Assembly: GCA_051362555.1 (NCBI GenBank)
Contig: CM120644.1
Span: 194,954 to 258,953, forward strand
Reading direction: 5' to 3'
DNA length: 64,000 nucleotides
Source of the DNA: Lingula anatina
Taxonomy: Eukaryota > Animalia > Brachiopoda
In this document: in pieces, positions 1 through 12,018 of the stretch
How positions within the stretch are numbered: the first letter of the stretch is position 1
Layout of the letters: every line of letters begins with the position of its first letter
Made by a program: the position numbers and the translations under genes
The notes under the pieces: model-generated
Seen by the model: the letters and a program-made list of their open reading frames with translations, nothing else
Databases searched by the model: none
Told to the model about the DNA's origin: nothing

Positions 1-189
1 TAGTTACCGTTTTTTGTCGTCTGTCTTTGTATGCGGTATTGAGGCTGCCATGCCGCCAGACGACAGCAGAGACTATGACGTTTTCATCAGAGGCAGAAAC
101 TATTAGAATATATGAACAATGATGCAATTTACAAAAGGTTGCACCTGACAGAAGTGGTGTTTCTGAAATATGAGACAGCCAGGCATTTG

Positions 190-1895
190 CTATAAAGGAC
201 GGGTATAACAAGTGTTTTCTATAAAGGATGGGTATATCAAGTGTTTTCTATAAAGGACGGGTATAACAAGTGTTTTCTATAAAGGATGGGTATAACAAGT
301 GTTTTCTATAAAGGATGGGTATAACAAGTGTTTTCTATAAAGAACATGTATAACAAGTGTTTTCTATAAAGGATGGGTATATCAACTGTTTTCTTTAAAG
401 GATGGGTATAACAAGTGTTTTCTATAAAGGACGGGTATAACAAGTGTTTTCTATAAAGGATGGGTATAACAAGTGTTTTCTACAAAGGATGGGTATATCA
501 AGTGTTTTCTATAAAGGACGGGTATATCAAGTGTTTTCTATGAAAGACATGTATAACAAGTGTTTTCTATAAAAGATGGGTATAACAAGTGTTTTCTATA
601 AAGGACATGTATAACAAGTGTTTTCTATAAAGGATGGGTATAACAAGTGTTTTCTATAAAGGACGGGTATAACAAGTGTTTTCTATAAAGGACGGGTATA
701 TCAAGTGTTTTCTATAAAGGATGGGTATAACAAGTGTTTTCTATAAAGGACGGGTATAACAAGTGTTTTCTATAAAGGACGGGTATAACATGTGTTTTCT
801 ATAAAGGACGGGTATAACAAGTGTTTTCTATAAAGGATGGGTATAACAAGTGTTTTCTATAAAGGATGGGTATAACAAGTGTTTTCTATAAAGAACATGT
901 ATAACAAGTGTTTTCTATAAAGGACGGGTATAACAGGTGTTTTCTATAAAGGACGGGTATAACAAGTGTTTTCTATAAAAGACGGGTATAACAGGTGTTT
1001 TCTATAAAGGAAGGATATAACAAGTGTTTTCTATAAAGGACGGGTATAACAAGTGTTTTCTATAAAGGATGGGTATAACAAGTGTTTTCTATAAAGGACG
1101 GGTATAACAAGTGTTTTCTATAAAGGACGGGTATAACAAGTGTTTTCTATAAAGGACGGGTATAACAAGTGTTTTCTATAAAAGACGGGTATAACAAGTG
1201 TTTTCTATAAAGGACGGGTATAACAAGTGTTTTCTATAAAGGATGGGTATAACAGGTGTTTTCTATAAAGGACGGGTATAACAAGTGTTTTCTATAAAGG
1301 ATGGGTATAACAAGTGTTTTCTATAAAGGACGGGTATAACAAGTGTTTTCTATAAAGGATGGGTATAACAAGTTTTTTTCTATAAAGGATGGGTATAACA
1401 AGTGTTTTCTATAAAGGATGGGTATAACAAGTGTTTTCTATAAAGGACGGGTATAACAAGTGTTTTCTATAAAAGATGGGTATAACAAGTTTTTTTCTAT
1501 AAAGGATGGGTATAACAAGTGTTTTCTATAAAGGATGGGTATTACAAGTGTTTTCTATAAAGGACGGGTATAACAAGTTTTTTTCTATAAAGGATGGGTA
1601 TAACAAGTGTTTTCTATAAAGGACGGGTATATCAAGTGTTTTCCATAAAGGACGGGTATAACAAGTGTTTTCTATAAAGGATGGGTATATCAAGTGTTTT
1701 CTATAAAGGATGGGTATATCAAGTGTTTTCTATAAAGGACGGGTATAACAAGTGTTTTCTATAAAGGATGGGTATAACAAGTGTTTTCTATAAATGACGG
1801 GTATAACAAGTGTTTTCTATAAAGGATGGGTATAACAAGTGTTTTCTATAAAGGACGGGTAGAGTCTATATCAAGTGTTTTCTATAAAGAATGGG
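190..1895. repeat. 29-bp minisatellite array (about 58 copies)
   Basis: Head-to-tail unit CTATAAAGGA(C/T)GGGTATAACAAGTGTTTT with point variants and no unique spacers. Confidence 0.97.
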
Positions 1896-2342
1896 TAAAT
1901 CAAAGTGTTTGCTATATAAAGAAGGGTTATTTTGCTCTATATTCCAATGACCGGGGGGGGGGGGGGGGGTTACGCGCGTGGAGAAACCATGTGTTCGTAT
2001 TTTAAGATATTAACGATTTTGTTTCTAACTTTTTATTGACATATGATAGTGTACTAATGTACTGGTACAGTACACTTAATAGACAGTGTTTGTAATTCTC
2101 AAATTTAATTTATATCAGACTTGTAACAACATTATTTCTTCCTTACTTATATCAAATAAAATAACATCAAAAGTACGTTTAGCTTATAACAGTTGATGAT
2201 AACATCTATGCCACGAACATTAAGACGTCTTAAACAGATACATAAAACAAGGAAATGTTACATATAATATGGGAATAGCAGTGGATTCCTTACATGACCA
2301 AATATCAATGGCAAGTTATCCGCATTTTCCTATTATTCGAAT

Positions 2343-3749
2343 CTAAACTTCAGTTCCAAACGGAATGTCATCAAACTGCACTGTGAGTATCAGCAGTTCC
2401 TTTATGTCGATTTCCAAGATGGCCGCCAAGGTATGTAAAAAACAAAGGTCAGGATGCCGAACAAGTGCACTTGCGTCTTTTGTCCGTAAAGCAAGCACAG
2501 CTCTGTACATGTTCAAGTTGCTGTAAGCGTAGTCGAATTTTGCTACCATATGTTCGTTAGACAGCAGAGAGGTGGCTGTTGCCAGCAAATTTGGGACAAA
2601 CTGTACCTCAGCCTCATCAAATGGGGAAAAGAAGCGTCTTAAAGCGGCTACAACAAGGTAGTGTTTTACTGCCTGCAGTCCGCGTGTGGTGTCGTTTTCC
2701 GTCGCTTGAATGTACACAGCAGCGTTGAAGCAGGCTTCAAGACACGTGGCTATCTTACAGTAAGATTCATTTATCCTCCAATCAAATCTCTGATCGTAGA
2801 TTGACGATGGGGGGCGCCAATTATCCTTTAAAGGTGCGCAACCCCACGTCTCCCGCCATTTTGAAGGGGGCGTGCTCAGAAGAGTGTCACTTTTGCTGCC
2901 ACCAATATGCGACTGACTACCAGTGGACGTTAACTGTGGAGATTGAACACTCTTAGAAGGATGCGTACCACAGAGAAGGACTTCCTGCGCCAAGGCTCCG
3001 GACTCCTTGGCGTGAGTTTGCAAGACGCTCAGAGTGTCTAAAGGACGGAACAGAGCCCTGGTATCTAAGGGGTCAAAGGCTGGATTGTCAACTTGAATAG
3101 GAATAAATTTAGGAAATTCTACCTTATTGTCATCGCCTAACAACGTGACCAATTCATCGTCCACTTTGTTACAAGACTTTGGAGCAATGAGTGCGGACCG
3201 TCTTGTGTCTAAGGACCAAGTCCATTCTTCTGGCCGATGGCGTAGATAAGGACGAGGAAGTCTGAATTTTATACCTTCCTGCCCTCTAACTTCAGAACTC
3301 CCTGCATTCGAGTTACAATTCAATCTAACACGCATGTCCATATGTCCTACCGCGTTATTTTTTTGCTTCCTATTTGCTCCTTCCAGCGTGTCTGGCTTCA
3401 TCCATTCATTGAGAAGAGCTGCCTTTTTGAGCACTTGTCCACGTGCTTTTTTCATGAAGTCCGTGGCTTCGTTTTTGATATTACGAAACGCCAGACGACT
3501 GCCACTTGGTGCCAGGGCATCCTCCAAATAGGCAGGGATATCGTCCTTTGTGACGTCACATCCGGTTTGCGAAGGATCTTTGTCAGCAGTAATTCTCCCC
3601 CATTCAACGCTGAATAGTTTGTCTAACTGCATTTCTGAACGCACAATCGAAACAATAACTTGAGTCGAGTCCTCGCCAGGCATAGGCCCTACTCTCGGCC
3701 CCCCGGCTCTCAGGTGTCTGTCCATTCTTTTCCGAAATATTAGAGGCAT
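2343..3749 (-). CDS. Intronless ORF of unknown function (468 aa from ATG at 3749; track start at 3803 is TTG)
   Basis: 1.4-kb stop-free, non-repetitive frame, visibly more GC-rich than its flanks. TATAAA lies about 50 nt upstream of the ATG (3795-3800, minus) and a candidate AATAAA lies at 2032-2037 (minus). I recognise no domain. Confidence 0.6.
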   Translation of the reverse strand: MPLIFRKRMDRHLRAGGPRVGPMPGEDSTQVIVSIVRSEMQLDKLFSVEWGRITADKDPSQTGCDVTKDDIPAYLEDALAPSGSRLAFRNIKNEATDFMKKARGQVLKKAALLNEWMKPDTLEGANRKQKNNAVGHMDMRVRLNCNSNAGSSEVRGQEGIKFRLPRPYLRHRPEEWTWSLDTRRSALIAPKSCNKVDDELVTLLGDDNKVEFPKFIPIQVDNPAFDPLDTRALFRPLDTLSVLQTHAKESGALAQEVLLCGTHPSKSVQSPQLTSTGSQSHIGGSKSDTLLSTPPSKWRETWGCAPLKDNWRPPSSIYDQRFDWRINESYCKIATCLEACFNAAVYIQATENDTTRGLQAVKHYLVVAALRRFFSPFDEAEVQFVPNLLATATSLLSNEHMVAKFDYAYSNLNMYRAVLALRTKDASALVRHPDLCFLHTLAAILEIDIKELLILTVQFDDIPFGTEV

Positions 3750-3794
3750 TATGTTCGTATAGATCCAACGTCCGCAAACAAAAGCAAAACCTAG

Positions 3795-3884
3795 TTTATA
3801 CAACGCTTACGTGACGTCACAACGTGAACATCATGTGCTGCACGTTCTTGACGTAATTCTGGTTCACATAGCGACGTTACGCAA
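3795..3884 (-). promoter_or_regulatory. Candidate compact promoter of the orphan ORF: TATA plus clustered bZIP motifs
   Basis: TATAAA (minus) at 3795-3800, palindromic GTGACGTCAC (CRE) at 3811-3820, TGACGTAA at 3849-3856, TTACGCAA at 3877-3884. Confidence 0.4.
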
Positions 3885-4077
3885 TGAGACTTTATGCTTG
3901 TGTGTTTAACGTTATTCATTGGTTGATTTAATGATGTAATTTAATGATGTAATTGTTATTTCGTGTGTGATTACGTATTTATTTCATTGTATCTACATCT
4001 AAAGGTATCACCAACAAGTTAGCATTGTCAATAATAAATTTAATCTTCGCTGTAATTTATATGAAAGGATAGCGAAT

Positions 4078-4367
4078 CCCGCACGCAAACGAAGTAGATA
4101 CTCCAGCGCAGTAGACTACTACAATTCTACTGCAAACATGCTTCAAATCTGCTTCGACTGGGGAGCTAATTAGCATATTTGAAACATGCTTCTATCATGC
4201 TGCAAATCTACTGCATTAATGCTCCTCCTCTGTATGACCCTATGTAATTTTTGAAGTAGAATTGCAGTAGGCTATGCTGCATTTCTACTGCAAATATGCT
4301 CCACACCACTACTGCGTTAATGCTTCTTTGCTACTTCGATAGGCCTACTACTGCATTTTCGTGCGGG
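4078..4367. mobile_element. Non-autonomous TIR element (MITE), CCC...GGG termini, CMC/EnSpm-like
   Basis: Left CCCGCACGCAAACGAAGTAG vs reverse complement of right end CCCGCACGAAAATGCAGTAG. AT flanks both sides (2-bp TSD). Internal repeated CTACTGC motifs. Confidence 0.65.
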
Positions 4368-4742
4368 ATACTACAAGCTATTTTTAAAATCAATACATAA
4401 AACCTATTTCTATGATAAAACATATCTACAATTTCTGGAATAATTTGCTGTGCAAAAGCAGCATTGTGTTAAAAAAAATAAAAGTAGTAATTAAGAATTT
4501 AGTTGAAGACTATAAATTATAAAGGATACAGCAGAAGGTCACAAAGATTTGGTTGATTTTTTTACTTCTCATAAAAACTTAAAGCATAGAGTTGCTTGGA
4601 AAAAAATAAAATGGTTGTGAGCAGGGTGGAAACTGTCCCTCATACGTTTTATTTGCTAAATGGTGATAAAGACGAGATGTCATGCAAATTTGTATTCTCA
4701 GTGTTGTATTGTCTGATTCCTTCCTGCTCTAGCGTGTTATTC

Positions 4743-5106
4743 AGACTGGTATCATCAGTGTGGGCAGATATACGGGGGATCTCTTCACTACATAAGACTG
4801 GTATAATCAGTGTGGGCAGATATACGGGGGCTCTCTTCACTACATAAGACTGGTATTATCAGTGTGGGCAGATATACGGGGGATCTCTTCACTACATAAG
4901 ACTGGTATTATCAGTGTGGGCAGATATACGGGGGTTCTCTTCACTACATAAGACTGGTATCATCAGTGTCTGCAGATATACGGGGGATCTCTTCACTACA
5001 TAAGACTGGTATCATCAGTGTCTGCAGATATACGGGGGATCTCTTCACTACATAAGACTGGTATTATCAGTGTGGACAGATATACGGGGGCTCTCTTCAC
5101 TACATA
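4743..5106. repeat. 52-bp minisatellite, 7 copies
   Basis: Unit AGACTGGTAT(C/T/A)ATCAGTGTGGGCAGATATACGGGGG(A/C/T)TCTCTTCACTACATA repeated at a 52-bp period. Confidence 0.95.
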
Positions 5107-6173
5107 ATGATTGGATAACGAACAGAAGAAACAGGATAGCACTTGATTTCCTGGAGACGCTCATTTTGTTAAGAGTGCTGTCAGTTACATAGATATATGT
5201 TGACACAATAGAGAGAACGTTTTAACGTTTTATTAAAATAATAAAGGCAAGTGTAATATTTCCTGAAGTGTCATGTAGGCCTATGTTGCCTTGTATATTG
5301 TTTTTAATAAAGAGAAGTAGATAGGCGAGGTAGGAAAGAGGTGGGAAGTCTGGTGCATGTCTTCTTCACAGATAACAACCTAGAGGCTGAAATCCATTTA
5401 CTGAAAGGCACAGCTAGAGAAAAGAGCGCGAACTGAATTAGGTTCCACTCCCCCTGGTCTCGGCGATTTTACTTGTAAAAATTGGCTCACCAATGTATGG
5501 GACACTACGACAACGCAGATAATGTAGTAAAATTAGATTATCTGCTAAAACTTAAGGTGCTATTCGGTTTTTCTGAAGAGTCTCCAGGTGTAGGCATCAT
5601 ACGTGTATTCGGAGACTGACATTTTTGTGCATTTTTAAAAGTTGCTGGTTTTAACTCATAGGCGGACTCTATTGACCTACAAACTAAAAATCAGCAATTA
5701 ATGATTCTTCAGTTTTCTGTTAAGAAATTGGAATTGCGACAGAAACTTCTCATATGGAGTATTCCGCCAGTGTAGAGTTGAAATCAATAAGAGTTTATAG
5801 GAAATGAAATTCCGACAGGTTAAAATCAAGACAAAAAAGAAGAGGCTAATATACGCTTTGTAATAGGCCTACTACTACTTGAAATATCATAAGTACCACC
5901 ACATACTGAGACGAATACGATGCGAAGAAGAATACTGCGTTTCACTCAATAAGACACTGATGACTGTAGCCACATTTAAATTGGAATGTTGGATACCCGG
6001 ATGCATCCAAGACAGGAATAAGACCTGATTTTGTTTCAATAAAACGTCGGCATTTTGTTGGTAACAATTAATGGTATGTTTTAAATCAAATATCGCCACA
6101 ATAGAAAATTTGGTTTAATGTTTTAGATCTAGTAAAATCGCAGGGAAAATATGTAATCAATTATTGTATCGAC

Positions 6174-6293
6174 ATTGTATTGTATTGTATTGCATTGCAT
6201 TGCATTGTATTGTATTGTATTGTATTGCATTGCATTGTATTGTATTGTATTGTATTGTATTGTATTGTATTGTATGTATTGTATTGTATTGTA
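6174..6293. repeat. (ATTGT)n microsatellite
   Basis: Pentanucleotide repeat with ATTGC variants. Confidence 0.95.
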
Positions 6294-6388
6294 TGAAAAT
6301 TTGTGTATTTTGTTCATTTCAGTGAGGACAGTTAAATGTCCAGAGCAAACACGATTCCTTATTAAAATATCAGTGTTTACACGGAACA

Positions 6389-6526
6389 TTAGTGTGTGTA
6401 CGTGTTAGTGTTTGTGTGTGTTAGTGTTTGTGCGTGTGTGTTAGTGTTAGTGTGTGTGTGTGTTAGTGTTAGTGTGTGTGTGTGTTAGTGTTTGTGTGTG
6501 TGTGTGTGTACGTGTTAGTGTTTGTG

Positions 6527-6558
<32 letters not shown>

Positions 6559-6734
6559 GTTGTGTGTGTGTGTGTGTTAGTGTGTGTACGTGTTAGTGTT
6601 TGTGTGTGTGTGTTAGTGTTTGTGTGTGTTAGTGTGTGTACGTGTTAGTGTTTGTGTGTGTGTGTGTGTTAGTGTTTGTGTGTGTGTGTTAGTGTTTGTG
6701 TGTGTGTGTGTGTGTGTACGTGTTAGTGTTTGTG

Positions 6735-6766
<32 letters not shown>

Positions 6767-6864
6767 GTTGTGTTTGTGTGTGTGTTAGTGTGTGTACGTG
6801 TTAGTGTTTGTGTGTGTGTGTGTTAGTGTTTGTGTGTGTTAGTGTGTGTACGTGTTAGTGTTTG

Positions 6865-6913
<49 letters not shown>

Positions 6914-6945
6914 TAGTGTTTGTGTGTGTGTGTGTGTTAGTGTTT

Positions 6946-6987
<42 letters not shown>
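6389..6987. repeat. Compound (GT)n-derived repeat ending in (GA)n
   Basis: Interrupted GT tract (GTTAGT, GTACGT interruptions). It generates the spurious VCVC/HTHT ORFs. Confidence 0.95.
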
Positions 6988-9900
6988 GCACTGGTACGTG
7001 TGTAGAGGAATGGTAGCCCGCGCGTATGGTACATACACACTTCTCTAACAAACAACATGTTACTACTCGTGCACTTATGAAAAAATGACAGCCGCTGTAA
7101 TAAGTCTGCGGTTAGTTCTCGGGTCTCAGGGCTTTATAACAATAGCGCACAGTAACAAGTCTTGGCACGCAGCAGTTGCCCTTTTCATTTTTTTCTTTTG
7201 TGAAAGTTTATGAGTCTTTATTGTGGTACTTTTGATAGCATTCAGCGTTAGGGTCTATTTTTTATTTTTTGGATTTCGCTTTTCTTGTTACTTTATACAG
7301 CATGTGCTTTTAATCACTGCCGTTATATTATCTCTGTCAAATCTATTTCTTTTCTTTGGCATAGGAGAAGGCATATAGGCCCTATATATATAGTGGTATT
7401 TCCAGAGTGAAGGGTTCTGGGCAGACTTCATGACTTCTGAAAGGTCTTGCTGTCTTCCCCTTGGTTTAAATATGGTTAAAACCCATTTATAAATTTTGAA
7501 TCTGCTCTGTTCAAATTTTAAAATTATCTAGATAATTCAAATACACGACTAGACATGAACAACTGAATCTCTCTGTCCGCGTTCGCGTTTAATGTACATA
7601 TTTATAGGTAGGCAATGCTATGAGTCTTCTCTTTTCTTCTTTCTTCTCTTAAAGAGCCTGCTGTTATTTTTGAATATGGATCGACAGACTCCAGTTGTCT
7701 ATGGTTTAATGAATGGTACCACACTAGCAAGAACAACACGGTTTACTACGTATATCCTGGTGCCCTCTTTTGGACAGAATTTTTACCACTGACCGCGTGC
7801 CCACATCTTACCCTGACTCTGACGCGGGTGAAGTCATGTTTACACTGCGGGTAGTGGCGCCAACCGGGTACGAACCAGCACCGGTCTAAATATGGGACCT
7901 ATGGCAGTCTTCGTGTTCGAGTAGACACGTACATGTAATAGTATGGCACTCGTGCAGAAACAAACCATTCGCCAGAATCTCGAGTAAACAAACGTTTATA
8001 AAACGTGAGTTACTCTCCAACTTGCATCTGACAACTCAAAGAAACCGTAGGATGGTATATAGTGCTTGATAAGTAGCTGGTATCTTTCTTGCACTGATCG
8101 AAGCACATTTATAAAGTCAATACATGTCCAAGCGCTGATAATGAGGGCTCATGTTCCGCACTCATCTGGGCAGCGTCAGACTTGTTTTTCCTGGAGCTGT
8201 AAGTAAACAGTCTTGGCGGGAAGAGATGTTTACTAATGTTATTTACATTTCCATGATAAACATTGGGAGTTCCTCTGAAAACTGTTCCGTGGCATGGCAG
8301 CGTCAAGTCGTTCACGTGTATAAGGTGTGGAGGGGGTTAATACACCTACGGTATATGGTCTCGGCTGTGGATCTCCAGACACGTTCTACACCCGGTTATG
8401 TTATGTTATGTTATGGGATGAAAGTTAAATGAATAATAATAAAAACAATCTGATTTTATATTTAGTTTCGTTTCAACCTGCATGATGGCAGAGTGGCAAA
8501 AACTGGATTGATTGATTGATGGGTTGATACACAGACGCAGCAGAGTCACGTAGAGGACGCAATACAGGGTAATTAACTACTTTTGTTGACGTTTACTTAT
8601 ATGCAATGTACGTGTTCTGATACCGGGGGCAAAAATCTATGTTATTATTACATGTGAATGGGCAATGTAAGCATAGTGGTATGTATGGTGTGGACTCACT
8701 GGAGTTGAATGAAAACCTTTTGTTTATGATAAAAAAACAAAAAAAAAAAAAAAAAAAAAAAACTTTTAATAACACTAGTACTGAGCTATGCTTTTCCCCT
8801 ACTACAATCAATGAGCAGTGTTTAAACTTATATCTATGTCATACTATATCACCTATATCAACCAATTAGCAGTGTATTATTTGATTCTAATAGTACTTTT
8901 AATCAACTGCATATACATGTATACTGGCGGGCCTTTACATCTACATATATGTATGATAGCAATATTTAACATCACACTGATACATTCTATACATAGGTTC
9001 TCTATCTTAATAAATATTGTGAATTTAAATTGACTCAAAACAAAAATAAAATGAAATAAAATAACTTATCGGGTTAACCAAAACCCCATCTTCGAACCCC
9101 AGCCTGTATCTTGTGTGGTTACCTAATATAAGGTGGGAAGTTCGTTTTCCACTTTCTGTAGCAGTTAATTGACAAATTGAGCGCAATTACCACGTCATGG
9201 TGAACTATATTGTATTTACATTCCCGTGCCAACTGTGGCCAATAATTCATAGCGGAAATCGTCTCTTTCTCAAAGGTGACCTTATTAGGGGAGTTGATAC
9301 AATGATCAATAGTTCAATAAAGTTGGCAAAAAAGAGGTGACTTCTAACGCACACACTGCTACTCTTTTCATTGTATCGTAAATTAGCCTGGTTTATTACG
9401 CAGACATTATTTTGATGGTTTCTGTACCAAGTCGGTGACTGAGGGAGCAGCAATTAACCAGTAGCTCTCTACTGCGGCGTCCTCGGGTGGATTCAGAATG
9501 ACGTTTTACACGATGGAGAAATACATGTATAACAGGATCTACTAAAAGATGGCCTGTTATGAGATTTGATTGTTTTATGATCTATTTTTTTTTTTTTTTT
9601 TGGGGGGGGGGGGAGGGCTGACAATGCCAGTCATTTAATGAAGCCAACTCAGTGGTATAGCATAATAAGCATAATAAAGATATTCCAGCATACAAAACAA
9701 CTGTGTCATTTTGTATCTCAAGTCAGGCATATCGCACAATTAACATAACTTTATTCACGATAGGAATCTGGTTCCTCTTTTTAGCACAGAGTTTTATATA
9801 CAAAAGTAATAAAATATGTCTAAAAACATTTTCCCGTTGTTATTGCTGATATTAAGATATACCGACAGCTTTTTAAGATTCGTATTCTGTGGTGTAATTG

Positions 9901-11984
9901 CTCTTGTGTTGCCAGAATTCAGTTGTGTGTGTGACAAGCACCGTGATGTACTTATTGAAAACTGTCGTCTAAAGTACACGGCAAGACCACCAGGTTATGT
10001 TCACTTTAAGCACGGTTCACTATTAAAGTTTAATTTGACATTTCCTTGCGTGGTGTAAACTGAACCATTGTGGCGTGACAACCGATTCCATACATAATCT
10101 TTGCTTGCGGCTTAACAAAATACACGAACGCTATTCTAATTAGCAAAATTACTTTCGACTCCGCAGAAATCTCGGAAATCAGTGACGCCTCACCGAAAAC
10201 TCACGCCACATTCTATAATTGATCTAAAAGTCCACAATCGGTGGCAAGGACATACCTGTAGGAAGATATTTTTTTAATCATCACATAACCAGGGGGAAGT
10301 TTGCGGTACGTCAACTTATTCCCTACGTAACTAGACCGCTTCACAAAGGGGAATCATTTAAGGACAGAACTCAATCGATTGTAGTGTGTATTACAGCACG
10401 AGTAAGAAAATGTGAAATGACATGTGGTTTTAGTTTATTCAAGGCGTATCAATAGACTATTGGCTATATATGTAATGGTTTGATTTACTCCAGCTTTATT
10501 TCCAGTGGGTGCTCAAGAAAAACAAGGTGAGTAAACTCTCTCTCTCTCTCTTTGACAGTTCAGTTAAAACTACCAGGCGTCTGGTTTGTTACATGTAGTA
10601 ACAGCCCTGTTTGGTCTATAAAATGTTGTTCAAACACGTTTATCTGCCTGGCTCGAAATATTCCATTAAAGTTCAATGGTAACTACATTTATTTCATTCA
10701 TTCAGCACTTTCCTGACGCATTCTTCTATATTTTATATTCTTCTGATATTTGTTCTCTACGAACAAAAGTCATGCAATCTTTGGGGACTGTTACCCTCAC
10801 CAATTTTCTTGAATTTGGACTTATTGTCTTACCACTAACTCAGTTTAATGGTGCTGTCTTATACAAATCATAAAATGCCGATATGGACTTGCTATGTTTT
10901 GATTAAAAACGCTTCCACTGCATTTAAAATTGACAAACATTTTATTGTGAATGAGCTTCTGTTTCTCATACTACATGTATGTTATTACCAGGTTGAAATC
11001 TATAAAGTCGAGATTCCTGGTGGACTTTTCATTTATTGAGTCGTGGACAGTAAAGCATCTGTCTAAATAACTAGCGTGTAAAGAGGATATGGCCAGGATA
11101 TGGCATGTGGAAATGCTGCTAATAAACAGAAGTGCTTTTCGATATTCTAGAAAGTGATTTATCGAAAATCATCATAAAAGTTAATTGTTGGACCTTCCCA
11201 CTCTTTCCAACAACAATGGCTATGGTTATTTCTAAAGCCTACTCCGCAAGAACCATATCAAAGACTGCTGATTACAGGTTGAGGCATAGACTGCAACAAA
11301 TATACTGACATTATAATTTGCAATTTCTTCATTCCCAGGAAGTTAAGGCGACACACAATGGAGGATTTTGCATTTTGTAGAGACTGTGACAAATCTCGAT
11401 ATATTTTCCTTGGAAGTTAGTAAATAGTATTTCTTTCCCATACAAGATCTCTTCCGTAGCTGTGGTGAGAATCAATACTCGTTAATCGAACGCGTTCATT
11501 GAATAAAACCTTGTTGAAGAAATGTAATAAGGCCCAGAGCTTATTGTTTTCTTGGCAAATATATCTTAAATGGCAGTTGTGGCTACCTTGACTGACGTCA
11601 GTTTATGAAATAATTGTTGATGATATGTCATGTTGTATTTTTCCAAGGCCAGCTGTAGGCAGTTGTGGTTTGAAGGGAAGCATGTTCTTACCTTGTAACC
11701 TACCAGTCTCCTTCGTGTCCATGGACAGCGCTGCGGTTTGCAGTCAGTGTCACAAACAAGTTAAAATGGGATTAATATTGCAATCAGTTCTGGTTTGCGG
11801 TCCTTGTAGATTTTGTGAAAATGACCTTGTAGAGTTTTTTCCTAGCGTACATTTAGAGCCGATACTGATGAGGCTGGATATTTGTTTCTTCTTTATTTGA
11901 CCTTGGAGAAGGTGCTTAGCATTTTAATATATGTAAAATGAAAGTGACCTCACTGTCTGTTACGTAATCTGTAATGAACTCTCG

Positions 11985-12018
<34 letters not shown>

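Noticed and set aside
190-1895. CRISPR array interpretation of the 29-bp repeat (and of the 51-, 52- and 78-bp arrays)
   Set aside because: Units are head-to-tail with no unique spacers, there are no cas genes, and the context is spliceosomal eukaryotic DNA.
2343-3749. Mab-21/cGAS-like assignment of the orphan ORF (EEWTWSL, QFVPNLL)
   Set aside because: Only short look-alike words. There is no nucleotidyltransferase GS..(D/E).D motif and the spacing does not fit.
6129-7058. ORFs rich in YNTIQ, VCVC or HTHT (also 14015-14626, 29192-29762, 32883-33086, 43156-43507)
   Set aside because: Translations of microsatellites.
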